A stretch of DNA of 64,000 nt from Paramecium tetraurelia (Eukaryota), in NCBI GenBank assembly GCA_000165425.1, contig CT867990.1, positions 186,001-250,000 on the forward strand, given 5' to 3'. Below the pieces are notes generated by a model. That model made no database searches. It had not been told where the DNA came from and worked only from the letters and a program-made list of their open reading frames with translations. Of this stretch, positions 29,768-41,475 are shown piece after piece. Position numbers and translations under genes: made by a program. Each line of letters begins with the position of its first letter. The stretch's first letter is position 1.

Positions 29768-30982
29768 ATGTTATAAAGACCAAATGAAAAACTGCAATAA
29801 AAAGTGACATTATATAAGGACAAGATAAGAAGTTAATTGAAAAAAAAGATAGTTATCATCAAAGATCAAATGAAGCTGAGACATTCCAAAAGTGATTGTA
29901 ACATATATGATTCATATGTCAAATAGTACAATTAGATACACCATCCTAAAAATAATCAAATATCGCTGCCGACTTTTCTGACAATTACGAATTGGGAGAA
30001 AAATTAGGGGAAGGAGCTCATGCAATTGTTCATAAGGCTATACGAAAATGCGATAATTAAGAGTTTGCTGTAAAAATATTTCGATCCAGCGACCCTGAAA
30101 TAATTGCTTCCATAAGAAAAACCTACTAGATTGGATCTATGCTTCAACACCCTAATTTAATTAAAGTGAAAGAACTATATATAAATTAATAAAATGGATA
30201 TTCGTATTAAATTATGGAATTATGCCAATATCCAAATTTAGAAAGTTAGATAAACAACTTGAATCTTAATGAAATAAAGACAGTTATGCGGTAAATTATT
30301 AATTTATGTGAAATAGCGAATTGTTGAATGGGATACTTTACATGCACAAATAGAAGATTTGTCATAGAGACATTAAACCTGATAACATCCTATTTGATGG
30401 ATAGAATGTAAAACTCTTAGACTTTGGAGTCAGCAAGAAATTCTATGTGAAATAGCATCACATAGACATGTGGACACCCACAGGTACTTAATTTTATTGT
30501 GCTCCTGAAATATATACTAAAGTTAGTTACACTTACAAAGTAGATATTTGGTCTGTTGGAGTATTTATTTATAATTAACATTATAGGTAATTCTGTATTA
30601 ACTATTAACAAAAGAGTTGCCATTCTAAGACGAGACTGCTCATGGAACCATTGAATTAATATGTAAAGCATAGTTCAAAGACCATCCTGCTTTAGATAAA
30701 GTTAGCAAAGATCTCTTGAGTAGATTATTATGGATTGACCCCAAAAAAAGATTCAATGCTGATGAAGCATTAAAACATCTTTGGTTTCAAAATAAAGAAA
30801 TAAAACAGTAATGTATGGATGACATGATTGTACATGATGGTCTAGTTAATAATTCCTCATTAATTATCTAACTTAGCTAATCATAAAATAGGAATACTTA
30901 TGCAAATAATTTCGAGACTAAAGTTGAAGCATTTATGCCTACAATACATGTCAAGCAATCTTCATTTAGAGATTCATCATGA
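29768..30982 (+). CDS. Ser/Thr protein kinase (CAMK-like group)
   Basis: LGEGAHAIV, FAVKIF, HRDIKPDNIL, DFGVSK, YCAPE, VDIWSVG; tiny introns. Confidence 0.85.
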
Positions 30983-31025
30983 TATACTGGGTTATTTCAT
31001 TTTAATATTTACAACAACAAAAAAA

Positions 31026-32467
31026 TCACAATAATTATAGAATCTTTCCATGTAACTCTTGAATCATTTTGTCATTGAATTCCTATAATATCTTGTCTAA
31101 TTTTAATTTAAAATTTTATTATCTAAGCTGTTCCTTGATATTTTAAGAAATCAAAAATCTTAATATTGAATCTAAAAACTATTTTATCAATCCAACTTCA
31201 CTAACATCTAACAAACTACAAATTATTTGGAGAAATCCTAAATCTAACAACTTCTTTGAAACAATTTCATCTCCAGTTGCTTATAAATTCAAGATTATGC
31301 TCATGCAATAACTCTTTTCATTTGGTGAAGCTATGATATTTTCGATAATCTTGAACAGGACAGGATGAGTAATGATCTTTATTGCAGCATTGCTATCATT
31401 GTAACTTAAATTTGCCAAAATTAAGTAACTTTCTTTCCTAATGCTCTGTGATTTGTTACTTAAATTTTGTAGTAATTTATCTAAAATTTTTAAATCCAAT
31501 AATTTCTAAATTTAAACAAATGTATACATGTGCAACTAATAATGAGTCTGATAAAGTGAATTACTTTATTATAACTAAGCATTTATCCATCATTGTGCAT
31601 TAGTGATCGATTATCGTTTCAAAAACATTAGATTCTAATAATAACTCATCAAATTAAGAATCATATAGCCTACCTAATGGCATCAGATAATCTTCACATT
31701 ACTCTTTTTTTAAAGCCTATAGTGCAATCTTGAGGCCTATGAACTTTTAATTGGAATCAATTTATTAATGCTCTATTAGAGAATTCAACAAAAATATTAT
31801 GCTGGTTAAGAACTACCCTTCTGCAACTGAAACAAATTGTAATAAATTAGGAAGCAAATTCAAATATGACAATTTAAATTGCGATATGATATTTCCAAGA
31901 AAAAAGAATATAAACTTGTATGAGTTTTCTAGATTTTCAATGAATTAACTTTTCTATTCAATTTCTAAGACTTGATTTGTTACATTTGATCCAGCTTATG
32001 GTTTCTATTATATCAATATATTTTACATTTTCGAACTATAAGTTTGCTTGAATAATTAAATTCATTGCCTATGTAATCAATGCCTAACTAATTGCACTGT
32101 TTGGAAATTATGTGTTTAGACATAAATTTGTTAATACTTGATAACACACCAACTAACCTAATTGTATTGATTATATGCAGAGCTCCAAGTATTAATTATT
32201 TAGAAAATAAACCTCGTTTTGCTAATTGTCATTAATTTATTTAAAAATCACTTAATGTATCAATCCTAATTGAACTACATTCTTTTATTGCAAACACTCT
32301 TTTAATTGAGGAATTATTTAATCAAATTATATCTCAGGCAATTTCTAAGATAGCTAGAATTGTAATCTTTTCCTCTAAAAAAAGGATTCTTAATCTTTTT
32401 TCCTTATCTCCTATCTAAATTATTCCCTCATATTTATCATCATATTATAAGAAGTATTAGAATCCAT
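31026..32467 (-). CDS. Divergent importin-alpha-like ARM-repeat protein
   Basis: IBB-like N-terminus REQFRQEIRKKDQESFFRGKRL; ARM-like IRKESYLILANLS; two 22-nt introns. Confidence 0.6.
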
Positions 32468-33472
32468 CAATTAATTTATATGTAAAATTTTATATAAATT
32501 TAATTCATTCTTATTCATATAATCTAGCTTACCAAGATAAAACAAAGGCATTTTATAACAGTATCGTAATTCAACAGCAGCCTTAATAAATGATCTAAAA
32601 GCTATTATCATCTACTCTAATTTATTGTTTTTAAATAATTAATTTATTATAATTTAGGTCTTCGAACTGCTCCCTCTAATTCAGGTTCTTTCTCTCCTTC
32701 AGCAGTTTTTACTTATCTTTAAATTTCATTTCTTTTAAATTTTCATCTAATTTTTCCTCCATTTTATTTAAATATTATATTTCTCAACTCAGTAATAGGC
32801 TATTTTGCCTCATCAAAAAACCCTTAAAGTTTTATTAAATCTCCATTAAAATTTATTACTTTGTTATATTAATTAAATAAATCTATCTTATCAGGTAATT
32901 TGAATTCTAATAGTTAAAATAAATCTTGGATTATGTGGGAGATTTAGAGATTGGCTAAGAAACATATCATTCATGTTTGAAAAGTTTTTTTATTATTTTT
33001 CCTGTTTTTTGTTATTTTTGTTTTCATAGTATTAAAAATACAATTATTATTATTTTTTAATTTTGATGTTAGAATTATAATCCACATAATGGGCATTTAA
33101 GGCAATAGAGTAGATGAATTAGATAATTATTATTAGTTGTTAAACTATATACTTTTAATATTTTTGGAATATTAAATATATAGCAATTTCTTATTGGGTT
33201 AAGAGGGTTGTCTTTTCATTACAAATCATTGTTAAAAAATACAATTTGTTATGATTTTTGTGCTATAATATGTAACATCTCATTTCCTTACAATTCCTGT
33301 TCGTAATGATATAAATTGATGCATCTAGATTATAGATGGATTAGTTTTTCTGGTGGAGAATTAACAAATCTCATGTAAAATGGACTTGTATTAATTCTGT
33401 TGTCCATTAACATGAATATTAGTACTCTAAAAAAATCCTATTTGGAAACTTAAGTTTTATATTCATTTAATA

Positions 33473-34316
33473 ATGTATTAATGGGATTTAGTAAATGAAT
33501 CCAGCGATTAGTTAAGAATGTTTAGCTATTGTTTTATACTTTGGAGTGCTTTATTTATACTTTGCTATGATAGGATCAAATTGAATAATCTTAGTTCTAA
33601 ACGACAAATAGATGTTTTTAACCGAATCGTCTCAATTTTGCATGGACAATTTACTTTTTGGGGATCACTTATAGTAATACTTTCTCAAACTCCTTACTAA
33701 TTGTAGGAGATGAATTCTTCTGAGATGCAATTCGTTATGATTGTCAGTGCAGGCTATTTTGCATACGACGTCATAATTTGCACTTATTTCGATTTATATG
33801 ACTATTGGTTGATATTTCATCATGTAGTCAGTTTGATGGCCTTTGGAGAAAGCATTCTCTATAAGAAATATGGACATATCATTATATGTAACAGCTATAC
33901 TAAATTACTATATAGTCGGTATGTTCATCACAGAGATATCAAATTTGCCAATGCATCTTAGACATATTTTGGGTTGTTTTGGATTGAGATAAACAAAGAT
34001 TTATGAATCGATCGAAATTTTTTATTTCTCATTATTCATAATTTTTAGAGGCATCTTGAGTCCAGTGCTATTAATACGAACTTATGAAGATCTCCATGCT
34101 CCATTGTTGATAAAAATCTCAGCCTCTGGATTGTTGGTGTACTCAGCCTATTACATCATTGAGTAATTTTCTAATTAATTCTAACTTAGGATGATCAAAA
34201 TCACTTAAAGAAAAATAAAATCATACAGAGAAAGAAAGAGAAGGAACTTGAAAATGTATTGGTTCTCTTAGAATCCATTACTGCCTTCACAAAAGTACGT
34301 AGACTCAATATTATGA
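33473..34316 (+). CDS. TLC-domain (TRAM/LAG1/CLN8) membrane protein
   Basis: NRIVSILHG, SAGYFAYD, LIFHHVVS, TEISNLPMHLR, FIIFRG motifs; two introns. Confidence 0.8.
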
Positions 34317-34475
34317 AAATATTAATTATTAGATCTATTACATTTTTTACAATACGATTTAAAAAATTTGTTTATAATTTTATATACATAATTAAGTAAT
34401 CATTTTTGGAAAAAATACATTTTAATCAAAATTAAATAGTAATCCTCTCAAATAAATAATTTTATATTTTGTTTG

Positions 34476-35912
34476 ATGAATAAATTTACTTTAAAATTCG
34501 ATGATGACATGTTAGAAGAATAATATTAAGAAGTTAAACTCGCAAAAATTAGAAAACCAATTTATATAGGATTGTTGGTCCTATGCTTTTGCATGATTGG
34601 TACAAATACTATATTAAATTTGATAACTTCGTAATAGTCACTTTTAAAAAAATATATCAATTATTCTTACCTTATTTTTATGGTGTTCCAAGCTATTTTA
34701 GTATACAAAAAACCTACGCTAATAAAATACTTATTGATTGCATCAAATATCACCACAGGTTTGTTATAATTTAATTTTAATGATTCAACCTCAGCCCAAA
34801 TATATTATGCTTAAAGCTCCTCATTTACTTAATTATAGGCAGTGGCTTACTTCATTTCTGATTTTCGAGACGGAGTCATACAGGTTATAGCTTTGTTGTT
34901 TATGCGACTGATGATTACCTCAATAAAGATAGATGATGTTGATTTGCAGACGGTTTTAATAGGAATGGCTTCGACGTCATTTATTTTAGTCACATTGTAT
35001 GTTAATGACCAGAACTCAAGAAAAGAATTTCTGTCAAGTATTTCAGAAGATTTATGGGATCATTCGTTGTCCATCCTTATTAAAAAACCTCATTTTAGGG
35101 TATAATACAATAAGGAATTTATGAAGATTGATTTAATTTCCTAAAATTAATTATGTGATTTTCCAGGTTATGATGAAAATTTGTGCGAAGGGTGTAATTG
35201 TCGATAAATATTACACTTATATTAATACAAATAATCATCTTTAAGCGAATTCGTTTTGGATTAAGCGTAAACAATTTAAAATTCAATTAAAGTCCATTAT
35301 AAGCATCATTTATTTCATTTAAGAATAGTGTGTGTTGGAATTAAAAACTTAAATTTTATTGTAATTTTCGAATAATAAAATGCAGATGCTAACGGATAAA
35401 TAGTTCCTTCAAAAATGCGGAATGTAATTTTTCAATAAATTAAATCGTAATAATAAAGGTCAATTTATTAAATATTTTTTAATTAAGGATTATTATCTCT
35501 TTTATTAATTAATTAGATGTAATTGAAAGAAATAGAAATAACTCAAATTTTTAAAAAGCTGAATAAATAATATAAATATTCGATGAAACCTATTAAAATA
35601 CTTCCAAACAATGTTAAGTTAAAACTTCAAACTTATTCCTCCTAATTGAAAGTATTTTTAATTCAAATTTTCCAAATCTTTGACCAAGTATCCAATAAAA
35701 GGATCACTATATAATTTCAAGATCTAGAAGATTGTATTCTGATGCAGATTTAATTTAAATAGAATTTAGAAAGAAATGTCAACCTCTTATTTCTTAGTCT
35801 ATATAGTTAAAACATATTTATTCAAAAAATAAAGTCACTCTTGCTATTTAATGAATTAAATATCGATTTGCAAATACAGTTCAAAAAACACATACAATAT
35901 AAACTAATTTGA
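34476..35912 (+). CDS. Multi-pass membrane protein, vestigial histidine-kinase-like C-terminus, 478 aa
   Basis: MNKFTLKFDDDMLEEQYQ, TM helices, CEGCNCR, LQTYSSQLKVFLIQIFQIF; 1437 nt; paralog of 13500-14936. Confidence 0.65.
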
Positions 35913-35938
35913 TGATTTTATAAATATATATATATATA

Positions 35939-37530
35939 TCAAGAGATTTTCATATCCCTCTCCAACATGGTGTTCTCATCCTGGTAATTATTAGTATTAA
36001 TTCTCGTTTCTGCATTTGTATTAGTGGCTCTAAAGGTATGAGGCATTAGTAATTTAGAAGCCCTATTCTAGGGCAGAGACTTAATCTTCTATTCTAGTTA
36101 TTAGCTTTCCTTCAATTTTTATCTTTAATTTTAGCATTAATTATATGCTACACATAATAGAATTAATATGACAACCACTAGTAATATGAAAAATAACAAT
36201 TGTATTGAAATAAATTAAGAACTTTAGTTAAAACGAACTTTAAATTCTCTTTGTTTCCAACCTTAATTAGTTCTATACAGTAATTTATATTTTCGTTCAA
36301 ATTATTTTGAATCCGCTAAAATTTCTATAAATTATAATACTATCAATGAAGCACTTAATTTAAAATGGCTAAATTTTTGGTTAAAATTGAAATAAATATT
36401 TAGATGTTGTTCCATAGATGTTCGAATCAGCCAACACAAATTACTTAACCGAAGTTAATTGAAAAGGGATGGCATTTTATTTATCCATGTAATAAATGAG
36501 AAAATGAGTATGAAACCCTTAAACAAGAATAAACTCCTCATTAACATCAATGTCTAGTATTTTATTTGAAATGTTGAATCTATTGACAGAACCCCACTTT
36601 CTACTATTGATCTCAACAGTGAATTGGATGACATAATACTGATTTTTAGTTTTATAAGCAACAAAGACAGAACCACCACTATTGATGGTTAATGCGATTC
36701 CATCATTTTTTGGACCAACATTTTTCAAAAGTAATTTGCTCGAGATTTCCTCATTGGATATTGTCAAATCAATTACGATAACGCCATTGATCTTACATAG
36801 TATATAAAGTATATAATTTGAGTCCTTTATTTTAAAAATTGAAAAATCTCTAAAATCAACTGCCAATAATCCAATAGATTAATTGTTTAAATTATAAGAC
36901 TAATATTCTTAATTTAACAAGTAAATTTCCAAACCATCTAATCCAATAGCTGAAAATAAATAGCAATCAATTATTTCAGAGTAATATCGAGTCTGCCTAC
37001 TTTACCAATTCTGAATACCAGTCTATTGCTTCAGGTTATCAAAGTTCAAGTAGAAAGCATAATTAGAATAGGCAAATATAAGATTGTTTGAGTACCCAAT
37101 GAGTTGAGGGAGTGAGTCTGAGTAATTTGTGAAATTAAGAGCATATGTTTTAGTCGTTTTCGAATTTAGACTGACATGGAAAAGGCGATTATTTATTGTT
37201 AATCCATATATATCATTTTCCCCGAGTATCACCATATCTATTAGGAGATCTGAATCTTCAGATACAACTTCGCTTCCTTATTCAACAGTTGATAATGCAA
37301 ATGTTTATCCTTCTGTGTATAATGTTCTATTTGAAAGATAGCAATACTGTGCATTAGCAATTATTTTGTGTTCATCACTAGGTTAATTGTAATCAATACT
37401 CAATCTGAATTAGTTGGGCATCTAATGCATCCTTCGCTTCAAATAAGGTCTTAACTTCACCAAACTTAACAAAATAGGATTAAATTGCTATGCTCAGAGT
37501 GGGAAAAAGGATATAGATGAACGAAAGCAT
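35939..37530 (-). CDS. Type I membrane protein (signal peptide, beta-rich ectodomain, C-terminal TM)
   Basis: MLSFIYILFPTLSIA signal; YLFSAIGLDGLEIYL motif; late hydrophobic TM; 22- and 25-nt introns give 515 codons. Confidence 0.7.
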
Positions 37531-37578
37531 GAAACTTAGTATAAATTGCTAAATGTATTATTATATTATTTAATATAT

Positions 37579-39106
37579 TCATATGGCGAATTCCTATTTA
37601 AATATTAAAGCATATTTCGCAACGTCGTCCTATTTATAGGATGATAGTTTTTGAATTATACCGATTCCATCCAATCTCTCAAATAGGGTAAAGAATTAAT
37701 TGAACTTTTTATCCTTAACCTTGATTTCTCCTTTTCTGATTATTTTAATGAGTATTTCGAGTCCTTTCTTTAGATGATTGGGAGCAATCTCCTTTTCATT
37801 TGCAATTTCCAACATTCTGAGTAGATATTGAATAAGTCCACTTTTAACGAGTTAATTGACATCCTCATTAGTCCCATGTTGAATCGCATTTCCAATCACT
37901 TCTAATGAATCTCCTCTTAGATTTGAATTATCATCACTTAATGATCTAAAAAGAGAGACCAGAAAGTTTTGATTGGATAAAACCTTAAACAACGTTTCCG
38001 TGGCTGCAAAGGTCTATATCATATCTCCACTGTTTTCTCTGCTTTTCGGATCAACTATCATTCTGATGTGAGCAATGAATCCGCATTCTAATAAGTACTT
38101 TATTTAGTCTTCAGTCCCATAAAATATGCACTCAAAAATCCGAAGAATTGATACAAAATTGCCCATTGGTAATAGATTAATCAACTAAGGCACAACTCCG
38201 CTGTTTATCAAAGCAGCTATTCTGTTGGGTTCTCCATCAATCATGTATCCCAAGGCCCATATGGCATCGTTGATCATTTTTAAATTTTATTGATTGAACT
38301 CCTCCATTATTACTTTTGCAAATATTTCAAATGCCGATTATACCTTATCAAATCTGGGACTTGGCCTACCTATACACAAATTGGCCAAACACCAAATGTA
38401 TATCGATTTGTATTGCGAATCCATTTTGCTTATTATTTTTTCCATACTGCACACTTGCAATATAGAATCTCGATATCTCACAGATTCACCAGCCAATTTA
38501 CCCAATATTGTTATTATTAGCATTATCAGTTCGCTCTAATTACCATCCAGTACACTCAAGGATAATTATAGAATTCCATTTTCCATGATAATTCTTGTTA
38601 TTTCACTTCTACCACCAGCTAAAATTGAAATGATTTCTAAAATTAGAATATTAATATAAACAACATGCAGCTTCAAGTTTTATTAAGTATGTGCTCCCAT
38701 ATTAGATAACATGAAATAAAATAGGAATCAGCTCATTTTCTTTAGCAATCAATTCTGTCTACTAAAAATTCTTCTTAAATTTATAGAAATGCATATATAC
38801 TGATAATGTTCTTCTCAACCCAATTGTTGCTCTGTGACTTTCAATAAAATTCTCTGATTTCAGTGCTATTATAGCATCCTTTGCAGACACATGACCTTCA
38901 TCCATTCTTAACATTTAAATTATTTCATCCTTCAGCTCTTGATCTATTTATTCCTATTGCATCAACTCTTCATCTTTACAATTTTGTTATAATTTTTTAA
39001 TGCCACCTAATTTCTGACTATTTTTCATGTTTTTGCTTGTTTTTGTAAGAATAAAAGAAGATTTTAATTATTTTTTCTCACCCCCCCCCCCTAATGGGTC
39101 ATTCAT
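37579..39106 (-). CDS. Importin-alpha-like ARM-repeat protein
   Basis: ILGKLAGESVRYRDSIL, YIWCLANLCIGRPSP, DAIWALGYMIDG...LINSGVVPQLINLL; start may be 39106 or 39028. Confidence 0.8.
39081..39091. repeat. C11 homopolymer (G11 on the coding strand)
   Basis: Eleven consecutive C in an AT-rich context. Confidence 0.95.
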
Positions 39107-40974
39107 AAAAAATAATAATAATCATTAACTATAATATGATGGGTATCAATATTATAATATTTCAATCCAATCCAGTTCTATAATTATATTATATTTATTA
39201 CTATCTTACTATCCATTCAATAAGACATTAAGCTATAATTTCAAGCATTATAATTTATTAGACGAGTAGTATATAATACGTTTTAAATGTTTGATATTTA
39301 TTGTATTCGTATTACAAATGTTTGAAAGGGAAAAAATTAAAAGATCTATGTATAATATCATATAATAGCAATCAAGTCGATTAAAGAACTTCATTTGGAC
39401 TAATGTATTTTTTACTATGATTTATTTTTGAGCTTTTTTGGTTAGGTAATTCAGTTTGTTGAATATAATTTTTAGAGACAATATTACATTATTCTCCTTA
39501 GCTTCCTTATCTAAAATTAGTATAGTTCTTTGATTTAATTCTTGAATTCATCACTTAGAAATAAAGGTTTAGTTGTTTTAATCAATATAATAAAAATTGA
39601 AATTGAAATTATATAATAATCATGGTAAAGATAGCGTTTTGATGGTTACTAATAATTTCTGACCACTTTATCTAAATTCTTCATACAATTGCATTCTGAA
39701 ATCTTGTATTCTCTTTATTAGAATACATAAAATCAATTTATTTTATGATTTCTTGCTTATCGATATGTCAATATGCGTTTAAATTTCGGTATTAAAAATA
39801 TTTGAGTAATCAATTCCTAATCGAAATGCATTGATTCTTCTCAAAATTAAAGTCATCTATAAGATAATTAATAGGAATAATCATTATAAATAATACTGTT
39901 GATGTTACTAATATTTTGGTTTAAATCTTATATGGAGTGCTAGGTTTTAATTGCGTACACTTCCAATAAGTAAATGATTTAGGATAGGAAGATTATAATC
40001 AATGCAAATGGAGCACTTTTGAATTTTGATACCTTATATAAAAAAAATTAATTCAACATTACAAATTTTGATGAAAACTTGGTTCTTAGCTATATCAGTT
40101 GCTTAGGCATAATAAATGATATCAGATAGAATATAGAGTATGAAGAAAGTAATTTTCATCTAAAGAAAATAAGGTTTTTTTATCAAATAAATCTATCATT
40201 TAAAGTATCTTTTATTGATTCTATCAGCCCAAAAGTTGTAAAAATGATAATTGTTCTTTAAATAGCCCACCAAAATTATTTTACTATATCTAGTTATCGT
40301 TTTTTAGAAATACAATCACAATTTTCATCTGAACTAAAAAATCTTAATAAAATGCTTCCACATCGAATTCAATTAAATCTTCAATTTGATGGTTACTCTG
40401 AAAAATCAAACTATATATTCTCGTATCTAATTCTATAGGTCAAGTTCATTCAATATAAAATCTTATTTGGAAATCTTTTAACACTCTTTTAAGTAAAATT
40501 AGTCTTTTATCCAATAATTTTCATAGACTTATTATCGTATATTTGATTTTATAATTGCTATCGAAATTGATATAGTTTGGAATTATAAAAAATCTTAAAT
40601 TGTAAGTTTATATGATATGTTTAAACTTCCTAATTACTACCTATGAAAACAAAGATAGATTTGTCTAATTACAATATAATTGATAAGGCTCATTTAAATT
40701 CAAATTTTAAGTTCATCACCTTCTAGTATTCTTTCAATTTTCTAATAGCTAAATATCCCATAGACTTTGATTTACAGGAATTTATAGTTTAATAATTCAT
40801 TTTAATCTTCAGCTTCAATATAATAATAGATTCTTCTCTTTTCGATTCATTTGGTTTTTAATTAATGATTGTTGACCAGATTCATAATGAATAATATTTT
40901 GATCTATGAGTATTTGAATAATAGCAATTTAGATTACCAATATTATTAAGTGTATTCTATTTGCAAACTGGTAT

Positions 40975-41144
40975 CATTAGGAATTGAGGTAATGCTTATC
41001 CTCAATGGTTCCTTCCTTTTGGAGGGAGGTAACATGAGGTTTGGAAGCCTCAGATGTCTAGCCTTGATGAGTAGAGTGTTTTAAGGCATTTGATTATCTA
41101 CAAGGATTCAGGAGGATTGGAAATGTAATTTCCTTATTACATTA
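40975..41144. ncRNA. Candidate structured non-coding RNA (class unknown)
   Basis: ~40% GC intergenic island with five consecutive stem-loops; ANANNA (41032-37) and ACA (41139-41) on + strand. Confidence 0.4.
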
Positions 41145-41159
41145 TTAAATTAATAATTT

Positions 41160-41426
41160 ATGGAGTAATTTTTAAATGTTTATAAAGAATTGAAAAAGAT
41201 GGTTAAGATGAGTAGTTTTTATCAGGCTTAGAAGAAGGAGCAGAAAAGCAATGGGAAACAGCAAAAGATCAGTCAGAAATCGAAGAAAATAAAGGAGGCG
41301 CCTCTGGCTTCTAGGGAGGAGTTGATGCAGAAGTTGAAGAATAAGATAGATAGTTTGAAGGCGGACAGAACTACGAAGAAGGATTATGTGCCAGAGAGGA
41401 AGTAGAGATAATAAAATAAGAAATGA
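41160..41426 (+). CDS. Small lysine-rich protein, 88 aa, possible SURF6/Rrp14 N-terminal-like motif
   Basis: 267 nt ORF; SREELMQKLKNKIDSLKADR resembles the SURF6-family coiled motif (weak). Confidence 0.5.
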
Positions 41427-41475
41427 ATATATTATAATATCGAAATGGAAAAATAATATATTTGTTAAATAATTA

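Noticed and set aside
32570..32971. Possible ~130-codon minus-strand ORF
   Set aside because: Very AT-rich, no motif, start preceded directly by a TGA; ORFs this long arise by chance with a single stop codon. It may be a remnant.
41062..41105. SECIS-like ATGA...AA...GA hairpin
   Set aside because: Helix II would be too short, and no upstream same-strand gene with an in-frame TGA is present.
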